Part shown: positions 48,223 to 60,594 of the stretch, piece by piece
How positions within the stretch are numbered: the stretch's first letter is position 1
Layout of the letters: every line of letters begins with the position of its first letter
Source: a bacterium
GTDB lineage: Bacteria > Oederibacteriota > PGYV01 > Palsa-1178
Direction: 5' to 3'
NCBI GenBank assembly: GCA_037138355.1
Contig: JBAXIL010000005.1
Span: 1 to 61,264, forward strand
Length of the DNA: 61,264 bases
Made by a program: the position numbers and the translations under genes
Notes under the pieces: model-generated
Told to the model about the DNA's origin: nothing
What the model saw: the letters and a program-made list of their open reading frames with translations, nothing else
Database searches by the model: none

Positions 48223-49203
48223 TTAAACCCCTTGTTTTGAGTATTTTTTTACAATAGTTCTATCACCTAAAACCATATTCATAACAGAAGAGTGTTCGTT
48301 TATCAGACAATCATTACATATTACACTATTTTTTATTGTGCAACCGTCTCTTATAACTGTATTATCAAAAATCACACTATTTTCTATGAAAACACCATTA
48401 CCTATAGTCACAGAGTTCCCAAGAATCGTGTTGGTATTAATAATCGCTTTACCTATAGTACATTTTTTTCCGTATGCTTTGACCTTAATGCCATTATATT
48501 TTCCTTTTATCAAATCAAAATTAGCTTTTTTAAAGTTATCAATTCTGCCTATATCAAGCCAATAGTAAGCCGCCTTATATGCCTGAATGACTTTATCTGC
48601 AGCTATTATACTCGGAAAAGTTTCTCTTTCTATAGAAACCTTTCTGCCTGCAGGTATATACTTGAGTGCTTGTTTATCAAAAACATATATTCCTGCATTT
48701 ATCCAACTTGATTTGATATCAGCACCAACTGGTTTTTCAGTAAACTTAATTATTCTGCCTTTTACCGAAGTTTCTACCACCCCATAAGATGATGGGTCTG
48801 CAACTTTATGCAGAGCCATAGTAACTAATGCTTTTGAGGTTTTATGAACTTTAATAAGTGAATCTATATTAATATCTGTTAAAATATCTCCATTTAAAAC
48901 TAAAGTTGTATCGTCCAAAAGTTTTTCGCAATTTTTTATTGCTCCGCCTGTACCTAATGGACTTTTTTCATTTGCATATTTTATCTTCACGCCATATTTC
49001 TTGCCATTTCCAATAACTTTTTTTAACTTTTCAGGCATATGGCAGATACTTAAAATAATATCTTTTATTTTATATTTTTTTAATAGCTCTATTTGATATT
49101 CTATAAATGGCTTATTGGCAATAGGAACCATACACTTAAGTGTATTAAGTGTAATCGGCCTAAGCCTGGTACCTTCACCACCTATAAGTATTAATGCTTT
49201 CAT
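48223..49203 (-). CDS. Sugar-1-phosphate nucleotidyltransferase (mannose-1-P guanylyltransferase-like)
   Basis: GGEGTRLRP, PLGTGG, EKP, WLDIG, LbH tail. Confidence 0.9.
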   Translation of the reverse strand: MKALILIGGEGTRLRPITLNTLKCMVPIANKPFIEYQIELLKKYKIKDIILSICHMPEKLKKVIGNGKKYGVKIKYANEKSPLGTGGAIKNCEKLLDDTTLVLNGDILTDINIDSLIKVHKTSKALVTMALHKVADPSSYGVVETSVKGRIIKFTEKPVGADIKSSWINAGIYVFDKQALKYIPAGRKVSIERETFPSIIAADKVIQAYKAAYYWLDIGRIDNFKKANFDLIKGKYNGIKVKAYGKKCTIGKAIINTNTILGNSVTIGNGVFIENSVIFDNTVIRDGCTIKNSVICNDCLINEHSSVMNMVLGDRTIVKKYSKQGV

Positions 49204-49220
49204 TAGTTCTCCTGATTATA

Positions 49221-50138
49221 TTATAGTGATTTAAAATAATCGTAGGTCTTTTGTATTCCTATTTCAAGTTTTATTTCTGGTTTCCAGCCAAGTATTCTTT
49301 TGGCTTTATCATTTTGTAGATAATTTGCCTTTAAATCGCCTTCTCTATATGGTCCTTCTCCAGCTTTTTGATTAAAACCAGTCGCTTTTTGAATAGCAGA
49401 ATAAAGTTGATTTACATTTGTTTTAATACCAGTACCTATGTTAAAAGCTTCATTATCACCCTTATTTAAAGCCATTACACTTGCCCTTGCCACATCTCCT
49501 ACATACACATAGTCACGCACACATGTGCCTCCACCAAAAATAACTGGAGTTGTTTTAGCCATTATTTTTTCTATAAAAATTGCAACAACTCCTGCTTCTC
49601 CATGAGGAATCTGCCTTGGACCATAAACATTTGAATATCTAAGTATTGTATGTTTTATACCATATTGAGCGGTATAAAAACGGACATAATGCTCGCCTGT
49701 GACCTTACTAATTCCATATGGACTCTCAGCAGTTAAAGGATTATTTTCCGTTGCTGGCAACTTAACATTTGAACCATAAACTGTGCCACCACTTGATATA
49801 AAAATAAACTTCTTTATTGCATTTGTTCTGGCTGCTTCGAGCAGATTTAATGTTCCCAAGATATTTATCTGGGCATCAGCCACTGGATCTTTCACAGAAT
49901 CAGGAACAGATATCTGAGCCGCATGATGATTTATCACTTCAATTTTTTCTTTTTTTATTATCGAAGCTATTTTTGAATCTCTCACATCCATTTTGTAAAA
50001 CTTTGCTTTTTTATTGACATTTTTCATATTGCCCATAAAAAGATTGTCAACAATCACCACCTTATGCCCTGCAGCAATATACGCATCCGCTACATTTGAA
50101 GCTATAAACCCAGCACCACCAGTTACTAATATGTTCAT
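49221..50138 (-). CDS. NAD-dependent epimerase (UDP-glucose 4-epimerase-like SDR)
   Basis: TGGAGFIAS, YGISK, NVYGPRQ. Confidence 0.92.
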   Translation of the reverse strand: MNILVTGGAGFIASNVADAYIAAGHKVVIVDNLFMGNMKNVNKKAKFYKMDVRDSKIASIIKKEKIEVINHHAAQISVPDSVKDPVADAQINILGTLNLLEAARTNAIKKFIFISSGGTVYGSNVKLPATENNPLTAESPYGISKVTGEHYVRFYTAQYGIKHTILRYSNVYGPRQIPHGEAGVVAIFIEKIMAKTTPVIFGGGTCVRDYVYVGDVARASVMALNKGDNEAFNIGTGIKTNVNQLYSAIQKATGFNQKAGEGPYREGDLKANYLQNDKAKRILGWKPEIKLEIGIQKTYDYFKSL

Positions 50139-50202
50139 AACAAACCTCCTGTATTTGATATCTTAATAAGCTTTTGCTTTATTGTTAAATATCTATAGTT
50201 GT

Positions 50203-51603
50203 TTAGTATGCTGTCTTATGGTGAAAAATTTCTAAAGCCGTCTTGATTATTATTTTAACATCAAACCATAATGTCCAATTTTCAATATAATAAAGATCGT
50301 ATTTTATGCGTTCTGAAAGCGAAGTATCCCCACGCAAACCATTTACCTGCGCCCAACCTGAAATGCCACCTTTTACTTTATGTCTTTCCGTATAGCGAGG
50401 TATTTCTTTCTTAAATTTTTCTATAAAATGTGGTCGCTCAGGTCTCGGTCCCACTATGCTTATATCACCTTTTATTACATTTAAAAACTGAGGGAGTTCA
50501 TCTATGCTTGTCTTTCTGAGAAAAGTACCAATTGCTGTTCTGCGTGGATCGTTTTCTTTTGCCCACACTGGGCCACTCTTATTTTCCGCATCAACCTTCA
50601 TAGTCCTAAATTTAAGCATTAAAAATTTTTTATTGTCGCGACTCACTCTTTCCTGTGCATAAAAAACTGGTCCCTTTGAACTAAATTTAACAAGTATAGC
50701 TGTTAGTACCAAAATTGGAGATAACACTAATATTATTACCAAAGAAACAACTAAATCAAATACCCTTTTAACCATTCTATTAAAAGTAATGTTAAGTGGT
50801 AATTCCCTAACCTCAAATACAGGTATGCCAAACATTTCATCATAATCAATTGACTTAGTGATAATACCAAGCACATCTGAAGCAATCATAAATTTGATAT
50901 TTTCATTTTCAAGAATTAAATCAGCAACTTCTTTTCTATTATAATCAGATAATCCTATGAACGCCTCGTCCATATTGTATTTACCAGCGATATTATTAAA
51001 ATCTTTTATTTTTCCAAGAATTGTCAAACCACAAAACTTGCTATTTTTTTTCAATTTATTATCAATCACGCCTATAACTTTATATCCTGTGTCATGTTGT
51101 CTGGCTAAACGGTCTATGAGAATCTTTGATATATCTGTTGCTCCTACGATTAATATTTTTTGTATAATAGCTCCACTGTGGCTCACAGAATTGAAAATCG
51201 ACCTATAAGTGAACCTCCATATAGCGAGCATTATTACCGAAATCAACCACATATGCATTATTACAACTCGCGAATATGAAACATGCCTAAAAAAGAAAGT
51301 AATTGAAACTAATATTATTATGGATGCGCTTGAAGCTGTAAGAACTGACACCAGTTCATCAAATCGAGACCTGCCATGTTCGAGCCTGTATAAACCAGAA
51401 TAATTAAAAGCAAGCAAAAAAACTACTAATATTACTGGTATAGCATACAGATATTCAGTTGCTACTGGAATTCCATACTTAACAGGAATAAAATGAATAT
51501 AAAAGCGGATATAATAAGATAATACCGCTGCTGCTGCTATTATCACAGCATCCCCAGTGAATAATCCTGTTTTTAACAACCTTAAGAACATTCTTTTGTT
51601 CAA
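50203..51603 (-). CDS. Undecaprenyl-phosphate glucose phosphotransferase (WcaJ/CpsE-like)
   Basis: KRVFD, KFRTM, DELPQ, VGPRPE, GWAQVNG. Confidence 0.93.
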   Translation of the reverse strand: MNKRMFLRLLKTGLFTGDAVIIAAAAVLSYYIRFYIHFIPVKYGIPVATEYLYAIPVILVVFLLAFNYSGLYRLEHGRSRFDELVSVLTASSASIIILVSITFFFRHVSYSRVVIMHMWLISVIMLAIWRFTYRSIFNSVSHSGAIIQKILIVGATDISKILIDRLARQHDTGYKVIGVIDNKLKKNSKFCGLTILGKIKDFNNIAGKYNMDEAFIGLSDYNRKEVADLILENENIKFMIASDVLGIITKSIDYDEMFGIPVFEVRELPLNITFNRMVKRVFDLVVSLVIILVLSPILVLTAILVKFSSKGPVFYAQERVSRDNKKFLMLKFRTMKVDAENKSGPVWAKENDPRRTAIGTFLRKTSIDELPQFLNVIKGDISIVGPRPERPHFIEKFKKEIPRYTERHKVKGGISGWAQVNGLRGDTSLSERIKYDLYYIENWTLWFDVKIIIKTALEIFHHKTAY

Positions 51604-51614
51604 AAAAACTCCTT

Positions 51615-52694
51615 TTAACCTTGTTTAACAAAAGCCATAAAATTTTCTCTAAACTTATCTTTAGAAAAGTTTAAAGCAGCTTGCCTCATTTTTTTATCAT
51701 CATATCGTTTATTGCTTATTTTCTCAAGACTTTTTATAAAGCTTTCGTCTGTCCCGTCATAAAACTCACCTGTCACACCTTCGGTGACTATATCCCTTGA
51801 CCCACCCTTGTGAAAAGCTAAGACAGGTGTCCCACAAGCAAGAGCTTCTGCCATAGTAATTCCAAAATCTTCTTCTCCTGGAAATATAAATGCTTTTGCT
51901 TTCTGGTAATGACTCTTTATTTCTTCATCACTTTTATAGTCAAGCAAAGTGATATTATTTCCTGCCATAGACCTTATTTTTTGCAGCAGCGGACCACCGC
52001 CTATCACTACCAGTTTTTTGTCAGGGAACCTGTTAAATAAGCTTACAGCATAGTCCACTTTTTTGTATTCTGTTAAAGCCGAAACCATTAAATAATAATC
52101 TTCTTTTATATTACCCAATGTATAAAAATCAGTATCCACAGGAGGGTGAACCACTTTACTTTCTCTATTATAATATTTACTAATCCTGTCTTTTACAGTA
52201 TTTGAGTTTGCCATAAAGCTACTTACTCTTGGGGATGATTTGACATCCCATGTTCTAAGAAATGGCATTATAGCTGCTATGAGAGAATATTTAGCAATGC
52301 CATTTCTTTTTACTGAAAAATAATTTGGAAACTGATCCCAAGCATATCTCATAGGAGTATGACAATAGCAAATGTGCCTTGTATCTTTATAAGGTTTTAT
52401 CCCTTTAGCCACACAATGACTTGAAGATATTATTAGGTCAAAACCCTTCATATCAAAACTTTCTATTGCCGCTGGAAATATAGGCAAAAAGTTCCTGTAT
52501 GTTTTAAATATCCCAGGAATTGCCTGAAGAAAAGATGTGTGAATTTTATGCTTTAATATCGCTGGCGTTAACTTACTTTTATCACAAATCAATGTAAATA
52601 TTTCAGCCTCTGGATACAGCAAGAGAATCTGTTCCAAAACTTTTTCTCCACCTCTGATACCTGTAAGCCAATCGTGGACTACAGCTACCTTCAA
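51615..52694 (-). CDS. GT4 glycosyltransferase
   Basis: HDWLTGIRGGEKV, YCHTPMRY, EDFGITMAEA. Confidence 0.92.
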   Translation of the reverse strand: MKVAVVHDWLTGIRGGEKVLEQILLLYPEAEIFTLICDKSKLTPAILKHKIHTSFLQAIPGIFKTYRNFLPIFPAAIESFDMKGFDLIISSSHCVAKGIKPYKDTRHICYCHTPMRYAWDQFPNYFSVKRNGIAKYSLIAAIMPFLRTWDVKSSPRVSSFMANSNTVKDRISKYYNRESKVVHPPVDTDFYTLGNIKEDYYLMVSALTEYKKVDYAVSLFNRFPDKKLVVIGGGPLLQKIRSMAGNNITLLDYKSDEEIKSHYQKAKAFIFPGEEDFGITMAEALACGTPVLAFHKGGSRDIVTEGVTGEFYDGTDESFIKSLEKISNKRYDDKKMRQAALNFSKDKFRENFMAFVKQG

Positions 52695-52788
52695 GTAAAC
52701 CTCCTGATAATTCAGATAAATACAGTTCTAAGTTTTTAGTTTAACTACAAAACTACTATTTTCATCTAAAAACTCAAAACCACCCCAT

Positions 52789-53793
52789 TTACTTTAGCAT
52801 ATCCTTTGCCACTTTATATACCTGTTCCACTGTTATTTTTTTCATACACACATTATCCCCACACTTCAAAAATTCCCTATTAAAAACAGTTGCTGGTTCA
52901 TAACATGGAGCGCATGGTATTTTTTCCCATATATTTACCGTGTGCTTTCCCATAGCACCAAATATGGCTGGTGATGACGGACCAAAAAGGCCAATTGTTT
53001 TTGTTCCAAGCGCGGCCGCCATATGTAGTGGACCAGTATCACAAGCAATAAACAAATTCATTTTTGAAATATAAAAAGCCATATCAGTCAGACCGCTTAT
53101 TATCACTTCTGCAGAGGTATCTTTTGTCGCTTCAGCAATTACATTAGCATCAAAGCCAGCTCCAAAAACGCATACAGCCATACCATCTTTTTCAAATTTT
53201 TTTATCAATTCATTAAATTTTTCAACAGGCCAGCGCTTAGTAGCCATTACTGTTCCAGGATTATTACCCCCAGCTGGGAAAATACCAATGGAAATTCTAT
53301 TTTCATCCACCTTAAAATTAAGACTTGTCTGTGCAGGAGCTTTTAATTCTGTATATATTCCTTTGTCAGCCACACCTAAGCCTCGAGTCACAGCTAAATA
53401 TCTCTGTGTTTCATGAAGTTTGGTATCAAATTCAAAACTATTATCCAAAAAGTTTTTACCTTTACCCCAATTGAAACCTACTTTATGTTTTACCCCAATC
53501 ACAGAAATAAATAAATATGATTTCAAATCTCTATGATAATTAATAACCAAATCATATCTTTCTAACTGTAATTTGAATATAGCCGCAGCTATCCCAAAAG
53601 GATTGTTCAAATTCACCACATGTATTTTATCAATAAATGGAACCATTTGGGCTATTTGCTTAACCCATTTAGTACAAACTATATCTACCTCATTACCAGC
53701 AGCTTTTAGAGCCCGCAAAGCTGGTGTTAGCTGTATAATGTCACCAATACAGCACAACTTAACTATAAGCACTTTTTTATTCGTAATTTGCAT
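52789..53793 (-). CDS. GT9 LPS heptosyltransferase family protein
   Basis: IGD, KRWP, DTGPLHMAAA, LFGP. Confidence 0.9.
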   Translation of the reverse strand: MQITNKKVLIVKLCCIGDIIQLTPALRALKAAGNEVDIVCTKWVKQIAQMVPFIDKIHVVNLNNPFGIAAAIFKLQLERYDLVINYHRDLKSYLFISVIGVKHKVGFNWGKGKNFLDNSFEFDTKLHETQRYLAVTRGLGVADKGIYTELKAPAQTSLNFKVDENRISIGIFPAGGNNPGTVMATKRWPVEKFNELIKKFEKDGMAVCVFGAGFDANVIAEATKDTSAEVIISGLTDMAFYISKMNLFIACDTGPLHMAAALGTKTIGLFGPSSPAIFGAMGKHTVNIWEKIPCAPCYEPATVFNREFLKCGDNVCMKKITVEQVYKVAKDMLK

Positions 53794-53844
53794 TGTGACT
53801 CCGTTCTGAATTTACTAATGAACTATAATTCAATTACAAGCTAA

Positions 53845-54978
53845 CTATAACCACTTTTCAACAGCATGATAAACATCATCCACTGATATTATATCCATAC
53901 ATACATGAGTTTTCTGATTGCAAAGCGAAAGTTCACAAGGTCCACAATCTGTAGGTTTACTCAAAGGCATCAAATTGCCTTCTTTAACCATAGGCTGCCA
54001 TCTTTTATAATTAACTGTATTTCCATATATTACACAAGTTTTTAAGCCACTATAAGCGGCAAAATACTGCGGTCCTGAATCATTTCCTATAAATACATGG
54101 CTCAATCTCATTAATTCCACAGTAAAACCGAAGCCAAACTTACCTATGCAATTAACTACTCTATTATTCCAAATAAAAGACTTTTCATGAAGAATGTCGT
54201 CTTTTCCTCCAATAATAAATATTCTAATATTATCATTTTTCAATAATTTTTCTACTAAAGCAGTATATTTTTCAATACCCCACATTTTCGATTTTGCTCT
54301 GGTAAATGGATGGATTATGACATTTTTTAACTTATGACCACCTGTCTCTTCTATAAATGTTTGTGCGGCTTTCTCATCAGAAACAGATTTTGAAAAATCA
54401 ATTATAACTTCTTTTTCAGCTTTTACATTTAACAACTTAAGATTCTTATTTATTTCATGTTCATTTCTATCATAGGTGGTCTTTTCATCAATCAAAAATC
54501 CACCACCAGCGCAATCATACCCTTTTATTTTTTTTGCTCCGCAAAACTTTAATAATAATAGATTTCTTATATCTCCACGCAAATCATACGCCTCATCAAT
54601 GCCAATAAGCTTCAGAGTCTTTGCAAGCTCATTATATTCCTTTAACTTAAGCTTTCTTTCAGAATAAAACCATGACGATGTCATAGAATATAATCTGTCC
54701 ACATTTCTGTTTTTTCCAAGAAGGAATGCACAATCTTTCACACATACAACATGAACTACACTCTGCGGATATTTTTTTTTCAAAGCTTCAAAAAATGGTA
54801 GTGCCTGTATCATATCGCCAATCTGATCAAGCCTAACAACAAGAATATTGCGAGGTTCCTTTTTCACTGTAAGTTTTTTTCTTATAAATGAAAAAGGCGC
54901 GAAGATTATTGTTCCAACCAAATCCGCCGCGCCCATAATTACTTTCATTTTGTTTTTTTTGAAAACATATTTAAACAT
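53845..54978 (-). CDS. GT9 LPS heptosyltransferase family protein
   Basis: RLDQIGD, IHP, KMW, NDSGP. Confidence 0.88.
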   Translation of the reverse strand: MFKYVFKKNKMKVIMGAADLVGTIIFAPFSFIRKKLTVKKEPRNILVVRLDQIGDMIQALPFFEALKKKYPQSVVHVVCVKDCAFLLGKNRNVDRLYSMTSSWFYSERKLKLKEYNELAKTLKLIGIDEAYDLRGDIRNLLLLKFCGAKKIKGYDCAGGGFLIDEKTTYDRNEHEINKNLKLLNVKAEKEVIIDFSKSVSDEKAAQTFIEETGGHKLKNVIIHPFTRAKSKMWGIEKYTALVEKLLKNDNIRIFIIGGKDDILHEKSFIWNNRVVNCIGKFGFGFTVELMRLSHVFIGNDSGPQYFAAYSGLKTCVIYGNTVNYKRWQPMVKEGNLMPLSKPTDCGPCELSLCNQKTHVCMDIISVDDVYHAVEKWL

Positions 54979-57384
54979 TTATTTCTTTTTCCCGCCGATA
55001 TTTATTCCGAGGGCTATTTTTATCACCTCGTCCATTGTTTTCACAAAATAAAATTTCATATCGTTTCTTACATAATCTGGCAATTCTGTATAATCTTTTT
55101 TATTGTAAAAAGGAATTATTACATCTTTTATTCCATTACGCTGTGCGGCAAGTGTTTTTTCTTTTAATCCACCAATAGGAAGTACCCTTCCACGGAGTGT
55201 GATTTCTCCAGTCATAGAAAGAAGCTTTTTAACTGGTTTACCAGTAAAAGCTGAAATAATTGCTGTAGCCATGGTAATACCTGCAGAAGGTCCGTCCTTT
55301 GGTATAGCACCTTCAGGGACATGCACATGTATATCTGTTTTTGCAAAAACAGTTTCCTTAATTCCAAGTTGTTTTGCCTTTGCTCTTGTATAACTTAAAG
55401 CTGCCTGTGCTGATTCTTTCATAACATCCCCAAGCTTTCCTGTTAAAAGCAATTGCCCTTTACCCTTCATAGTTGTTACTTCTATAACAAGTACATCTCC
55501 ACCTACTTCAGTCCACGCCATACCTGTTGCCGTTCCAACTCCATTTACATCTTTTGTAGGTACATCCATAAACCTCGGGACTCCAAGAAACTTATGTATA
55601 TTGTCAGAATCAATTATTATTTTTTTATATTTCTTTTCTTCAGTAACTTTGGCTTTTGCTATTTTTCTGCATATGGTTTTTACTTCTCTTTCCATATTGC
55701 GAACTCCAGCTTCTTTTGTATAGCTATTGATTATATCCTTCACTGCACTATCTTTTACTTCTACATCATCTATAGTCAAACCATGTAGTTTTAACTGCTT
55801 GGGAATAATAAACTTTTTAACAATGTTTAGCTTTTCGTTTTCAGTGTAGCTATTTATCTCAATTACTTCCATTCTGTCCTGCAATGGAAGAGGTATTCCA
55901 TATAAAGTGTTTGCCGTAGTAATAAACATAACATCCGATAGGTCAAACTCAGTATCCAAGTAGTGATCCATAAAAGTATTATTCTGCTCTGGATCAAGAA
56001 CTTCCAAAAGCGCCGCAGCTGGATCGCCACGAAAATCAGCTGACATTTTATCCACTTCATCCATAAGAAATATCGGATTTTTTGTCTTAGCCTTTCTCAA
56101 GGATTGTATGATACGACCAGGAAGTGCTCCTATATATGTCCTTCTATGGCCTCGTATTTCAGCTTCATCCCTCACTCCGCCTAAAGATAACCTAACAAAA
56201 CTCCTACCCATAGCACGCGCAATCGATTTTGCTAAAGATGTTTTTCCAACTCCAGGAGGACCAACAAAACAGATTATTGGGTCTTGTGCTTTTTCTGGCT
56301 TATCTTTCATGTTTTTCTTAACTGCAAGATACTCGATAATTCTTTCTTTTGGTTTTTCCAATCCATAATGGTCCTCGTCAAGAATTGTCTGGACATTTTT
56401 CATATCTATTTTATCTTTAGTTTTTGTATTCCAAGGAAGTGCAATTAACCAATCTAAATATGTTCTTATTACCGTTGCTTCAGCTGACATAGGCATCATT
56501 TTTTCCAAGCGCGATAATTCTTTCAAAGCTTTTTCTTCGCCTTCTTTTGGCATTTTAGCTTTTTTAATTTTTGCCCTTACCTCTTCAAGTTCATTATAAG
56601 AAGCGTCCCCTTTTCCAAGCTCTTTTTGTATAACCTTTAACTGTTCCGACAAATAATATTCTTTTTGTGATTTATCAAGCTGATTTTTTACTTTTACCTG
56701 TAATCTTTTTTCTATTTCAAGAATTTCATTTTCACGCTGTATTATATCTGATAGCTTTCTTAACCTTTTTTTTGGGTCTTCCATTTCCAAAATTTTCTGC
56801 TTCTCTTCATGTTTCAAAAATATATGTGTCGCAATTATATCCGATAATTTTCCAGCATTGTCTATCTCAGAGACAGACATAATAGTCTCAGGTGGTATTT
56901 TTTTATTCATTTTTACATGTTTTAAAAATTCATCCATAACAATTCTCATCATGGCTTCTGTTTCTTTATCCTTCTGTTCATTTTCAGCGAGTTCTATTAC
57001 TGACACTTCAAAGAAAGGATCTTCCTGTAGATATTGATTTATCTTTACTCTCTTTTGGCCTTCAACTAAAACACGCATTGCCCCATCAGGAAGTTTTAAT
57101 ATCTGTAAAATTTCACATAGAGTACCCATATTATATATTTCATTTTTTGAAGGATTATCAGTGCGAGCGTCTTTTTGGGCCACAAGAAATATCATTCTGT
57201 CTCGTTCCATAGCAGCATCTAATGATTTAACAGATTTTTCTCTTCCCACAAAAAGAGGTATAACCATACTTGGAAATATCACGAGATCCCTTAGTGCAAG
57301 AAGCGGTACCTTACCAGTAACTTTATATGATTTTGTTTCGTCGTCTTGTTTCTTTATGTCTTTCTTTATTTCTTTATCAGCCAT
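54979..57384 (-). CDS. lon: Lon protease
   Basis: LON N-domain, [22 protein letters not shown]. Confidence 0.98.
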   Translation of the reverse strand: MADKEIKKDIKKQDDETKSYKVTGKVPLLALRDLVIFPSMVIPLFVGREKSVKSLDAAMERDRMIFLVAQKDARTDNPSKNEIYNMGTLCEILQILKLPDGAMRVLVEGQKRVKINQYLQEDPFFEVSVIELAENEQKDKETEAMMRIVMDEFLKHVKMNKKIPPETIMSVSEIDNAGKLSDIIATHIFLKHEEKQKILEMEDPKKRLRKLSDIIQRENEILEIEKRLQVKVKNQLDKSQKEYYLSEQLKVIQKELGKGDASYNELEEVRAKIKKAKMPKEGEEKALKELSRLEKMMPMSAEATVIRTYLDWLIALPWNTKTKDKIDMKNVQTILDEDHYGLEKPKERIIEYLAVKKNMKDKPEKAQDPIICFVGPPGVGKTSLAKSIARAMGRSFVRLSLGGVRDEAEIRGHRRTYIGALPGRIIQSLRKAKTKNPIFLMDEVDKMSADFRGDPAAALLEVLDPEQNNTFMDHYLDTEFDLSDVMFITTANTLYGIPLPLQDRMEVIEINSYTENEKLNIVKKFIIPKQLKLHGLTIDDVEVKDSAVKDIINSYTKEAGVRNMEREVKTICRKIAKAKVTEEKKYKKIIIDSDNIHKFLGVPRFMDVPTKDVNGVGTATGMAWTEVGGDVLVIEVTTMKGKGQLLLTGKLGDVMKESAQAALSYTRAKAKQLGIKETVFAKTDIHVHVPEGAIPKDGPSAGITMATAIISAFTGKPVKKLLSMTGEITLRGRVLPIGGLKEKTLAAQRNGIKDVIIPFYNKKDYTELPDYVRNDMKFYFVKTMDEVIKIALGINIGGKKK

Positions 57385-57394
57385 AAATCACCCC

Positions 57395-58600
57395 TTATGC
57401 GCTTTTTTCCTTAATAATAGCAGAAAGCTTGTCTTTCGTTCCTTTTATGATGTCCCTATCTATGACAACTTCCTTTACACCTTTCATAGAAGGAATTTCA
57501 TACATTATATCTATCATTATATTTTCGATAATACCCCTAAGGCCTCTTGCTCCGATTTCTTTTTTTACTGCTTCTTGTGCAACTTCATCTTTTGCATCAT
57601 TTTCAAATTCAAGCCTTACGCCTTCCATTTTAAGCATTTTCTCATATTGTTTAATAATAGCATTTTTAGGCGTATCCAAAATATGTATCATATCTTCCTT
57701 TGATAATTCCGACAAGGAAGTTACTATTGGTATTCTTCCAACAAATTCCGGTATCATACCATATTTTATTAAATCCACTGGAAGTGTCTGCGTCAATATT
57801 TCATATTTTGTCATTTTTCCTGTTTCAACTTCACTTTTATAACCGAAAACTTTTTTCTCAATTCTTTTTTTAACTATTTTATCTAAACCCACAAAAGCCC
57901 CACCAATAATAAAAAGGATATTTTTTGTGTCTAACTTAATATATTCCTGATAAGGATGTTTGCGTCCACCTTTAGGTGGAACATTGGCTATGGTGCCTTC
58001 AATTATTTTAAGAAGTGCTTGCTGTACCCCTTCTCCAGAAACATCTCTGGTAATTGAAACATTCTCTGATTTTTTTGCTATTTTATCTATCTCATCTATA
58101 TATATGATTCCACGCTGTGCAGCTTCCACATCAAAGTTTGCGTTTTCCAAAAGTCTCAACAATATATTTTCTACATCTTCTCCTACATACCCAGCTTCGG
58201 TCAATGTAGTCGCGTCCGATATCGCAAAAGGAACTTGCAAGATTCGAGCTAAGGTCTGGGCCAGCAAGGTCTTTCCAGAACCAGTAGGACCAATCATCAT
58301 AATATTGCTCTTTTGTACTTCTATACCGTCTTCTACTTTATCATCAATTCTTTTATAGTGGTTATATACAGCCACCGCGAGAGCTTTCTTTGCTTTGTCC
58401 TGAGAAATCACATATTCATCAAGGGTCTGCTTTATTTCTTTTGGAACTGGAAGTTTAACAGAGGTCTTTTTTGTATTAGTTTGTTTTTTTCCCATTTCAA
58501 AAAATACCTCTACACATTCATTACATATAGCAACCCCATCAGACACTATAAGGTTTTGAACCTCTTTTTCCTTTTTTCCACAATAAGAACACTTATTCAT
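57395..58600 (-). CDS. clpX: ATP-dependent Clp protease ATP-binding subunit ClpX
   Basis: C4 Zn finger, [19 protein letters not shown]. Confidence 0.98.
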   Translation of the reverse strand: MNKCSYCGKKEKEVQNLIVSDGVAICNECVEVFFEMGKKQTNTKKTSVKLPVPKEIKQTLDEYVISQDKAKKALAVAVYNHYKRIDDKVEDGIEVQKSNIMMIGPTGSGKTLLAQTLARILQVPFAISDATTLTEAGYVGEDVENILLRLLENANFDVEAAQRGIIYIDEIDKIAKKSENVSITRDVSGEGVQQALLKIIEGTIANVPPKGGRKHPYQEYIKLDTKNILFIIGGAFVGLDKIVKKRIEKKVFGYKSEVETGKMTKYEILTQTLPVDLIKYGMIPEFVGRIPIVTSLSELSKEDMIHILDTPKNAIIKQYEKMLKMEGVRLEFENDAKDEVAQEAVKKEIGARGLRGIIENIMIDIMYEIPSMKGVKEVVIDRDIIKGTKDKLSAIIKEKSA

Positions 58601-58621
58601 ACTAACCTCTTTAATATATTA

Positions 58622-59254
58622 TTATTTAATATCTTTTCTGGTTTCTATTATCTGATCCACTATGCCGTAAGCTTTTGCTTCTTCAGCGCTCATATAATAA
58701 TCTCGGTCTGTGTCTTTTTCTATTTTTTTCAAACTTTGGCCTGTATGTTTTGCCAATATTTTATTTAACCGTTCACGCAGCTTTAAAATTTCCTTTGCTT
58801 GTATATCTATGTCAGAAGCCTGCCCTTGCGCTCCTCCCATAGGTTGATGAATCAATACTCTTGAATTAGGTAAAGAATATCTTTTACCTTTCGCTCCTGC
58901 TCCTAAAAGCACAGCCGCCATGCTGGCTGCCTGTCCTACGCATATGGTGGTACAGGGTGACTTTATATACTGCATAGTATCATATATAGCAAGTCCCGCA
59001 CTCACTACTCCTCCTGGACTGTTTACATAAATTGATATCTCTTTTCCAGGTTCCTCTCCATCTAAAAAGAGAAGTTGAGCTATGATAAGATTTGCTACAT
59101 CATCATCAATCGGCGTACCAATAAATATAATGCGTTCTTTTAAAAGCCTTGAATATATGTCATAAGCTCTCTCGCCTCTGTCGCTTTGTTCTACAACCAT
59201 AGGTATCAGATTCATTCTAACTTCACTTTTGCTTCTCATTTTATTATCCTCCAA
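58622..59254 (-). CDS. clpP: Clp protease proteolytic subunit
   Basis: [23 protein letters not shown]. Confidence 0.98.
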   Translation of the reverse strand: MEDNKMRSKSEVRMNLIPMVVEQSDRGERAYDIYSRLLKERIIFIGTPIDDDVANLIIAQLLFLDGEEPGKEISIYVNSPGGVVSAGLAIYDTMQYIKSPCTTICVGQAASMAAVLLGAGAKGKRYSLPNSRVLIHQPMGGAQGQASDIDIQAKEILKLRERLNKILAKHTGQSLKKIEKDTDRDYYMSAEEAKAYGIVDQIIETRKDIK

Positions 59255-59274
59255 TATTTATTTCTTATATAATC

Positions 59275-60543
59275 TTATTTTATTGCAGCCATTAAGCTTG
59301 CTACTGTCTTATCTTCAAGAAGTTTTGCTTTTAAAGCTTCCCAGCTACCGCGGGCCTTTGCCTGTTTTATCATATTTTCGGCATTGTCTTTGGTCTCTTC
59401 AGCTATTCTTTTAATTTCAATTTCTACATCTGCATCTAATACATCTATTTTTTCTGCTTCTGCAATTTTTCTTAATATGTAAATACTTTTAAGATTATCT
59501 TCTGCTTGTTTTTTACTTTTTGTGCGTAAATCTTCCATAGTCATTCCAAGTGCCTGAAGAGTAAGTCCCTGCTGTTGAAGATTTTTTTGGTAGCGATTAA
59601 TAATATTAGTTATTTCTTCATCTACCAGACCTTGTGGAAGTTCAAAACTATGCATTTCATTAAGCTTCTTAATTATCTGATCCACTTTAAAGCTTCTTAT
59701 ATCTTCTTCTGCTTGTTTTGACATATTGTCTTTTATTAAGTTTTTTAGCTCAGCAACTGTTTCTTTGCCGCTTATTTCTTTTGCAAAAGCGTCAGTCATT
59801 TCTGGCATTTCAAGTTCTTTTATTGAGTTCAATTTTGCTTTAATAACTGCATGTTTTCCTGCAAATGCTTTTTCAAAATAATCAGCTGGGAAAGTCACGC
59901 TTATATCTTTTTCCTGTCCAAGTTTCATGCCTATCAATCCACTTTCCAAATCTTTTATCATAGACCCTGCACCAATTTGTAAAAACTGTGATTCAGATGT
60001 CATAGAAGCTTCAGCTTTACCATCAACAAAGCCTGCCATTGCTATAGTCACATAGTAGCCGTCTTTTGCTGTGTCTGACAAAGAATCTTTCAACTTGCCG
60101 CGATATTGTCTCAAACGATCCAATTCCTTATTTACATCTAAATCCGTTACTTCTTTGAGTTTCTTATCTTCTACTTTTATTTTTTTATATTCTTTAAGCT
60201 CAAACTCTGGATTCACTTCAACTACGATTTTATAGCTTATGCCATCCTCGGTTGGTGTTACTTCTTGTAACATAGGATATGTTACAACATTAAGATTTAA
60301 TGCTTTCATAACCTCATTATATGTTTCTGGAACAAGTTCTTTCGTTACTTCTTCATCTATGTCTTTTTTAAATTTAGATAAAATCATAGCTTCAGGAGCT
60401 TTCCCTTTTCTGAATCCTTCAATTCTGGCATTTTCCTTAAAAGAATTAAAAACTTTTGTATAAACCGTATCAACTCTTTCTTTTTCTACTTTCACTTCTA
60501 TTACTTTTCTGCAATTCTTTTCGTCTTTGACTTCCCACTTCAT
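59275..60543 (-). CDS. tig: Trigger factor
   Basis: GFRKGKAP ribosome-binding motif, FKBP-like domain; upstream of clpP. Confidence 0.96.
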   Translation of the reverse strand: MKWEVKDEKNCRKVIEVKVEKERVDTVYTKVFNSFKENARIEGFRKGKAPEAMILSKFKKDIDEEVTKELVPETYNEVMKALNLNVVTYPMLQEVTPTEDGISYKIVVEVNPEFELKEYKKIKVEDKKLKEVTDLDVNKELDRLRQYRGKLKDSLSDTAKDGYYVTIAMAGFVDGKAEASMTSESQFLQIGAGSMIKDLESGLIGMKLGQEKDISVTFPADYFEKAFAGKHAVIKAKLNSIKELEMPEMTDAFAKEISGKETVAELKNLIKDNMSKQAEEDIRSFKVDQIIKKLNEMHSFELPQGLVDEEITNIINRYQKNLQQQGLTLQALGMTMEDLRTKSKKQAEDNLKSIYILRKIAEAEKIDVLDADVEIEIKRIAEETKDNAENMIKQAKARGSWEALKAKLLEDKTVASLMAAIK

Positions 60544-60594
60544 TTAATCGTTCCTCCTTAGAATGTGTTGGACCATAAGGTCCATTAATTTTCT

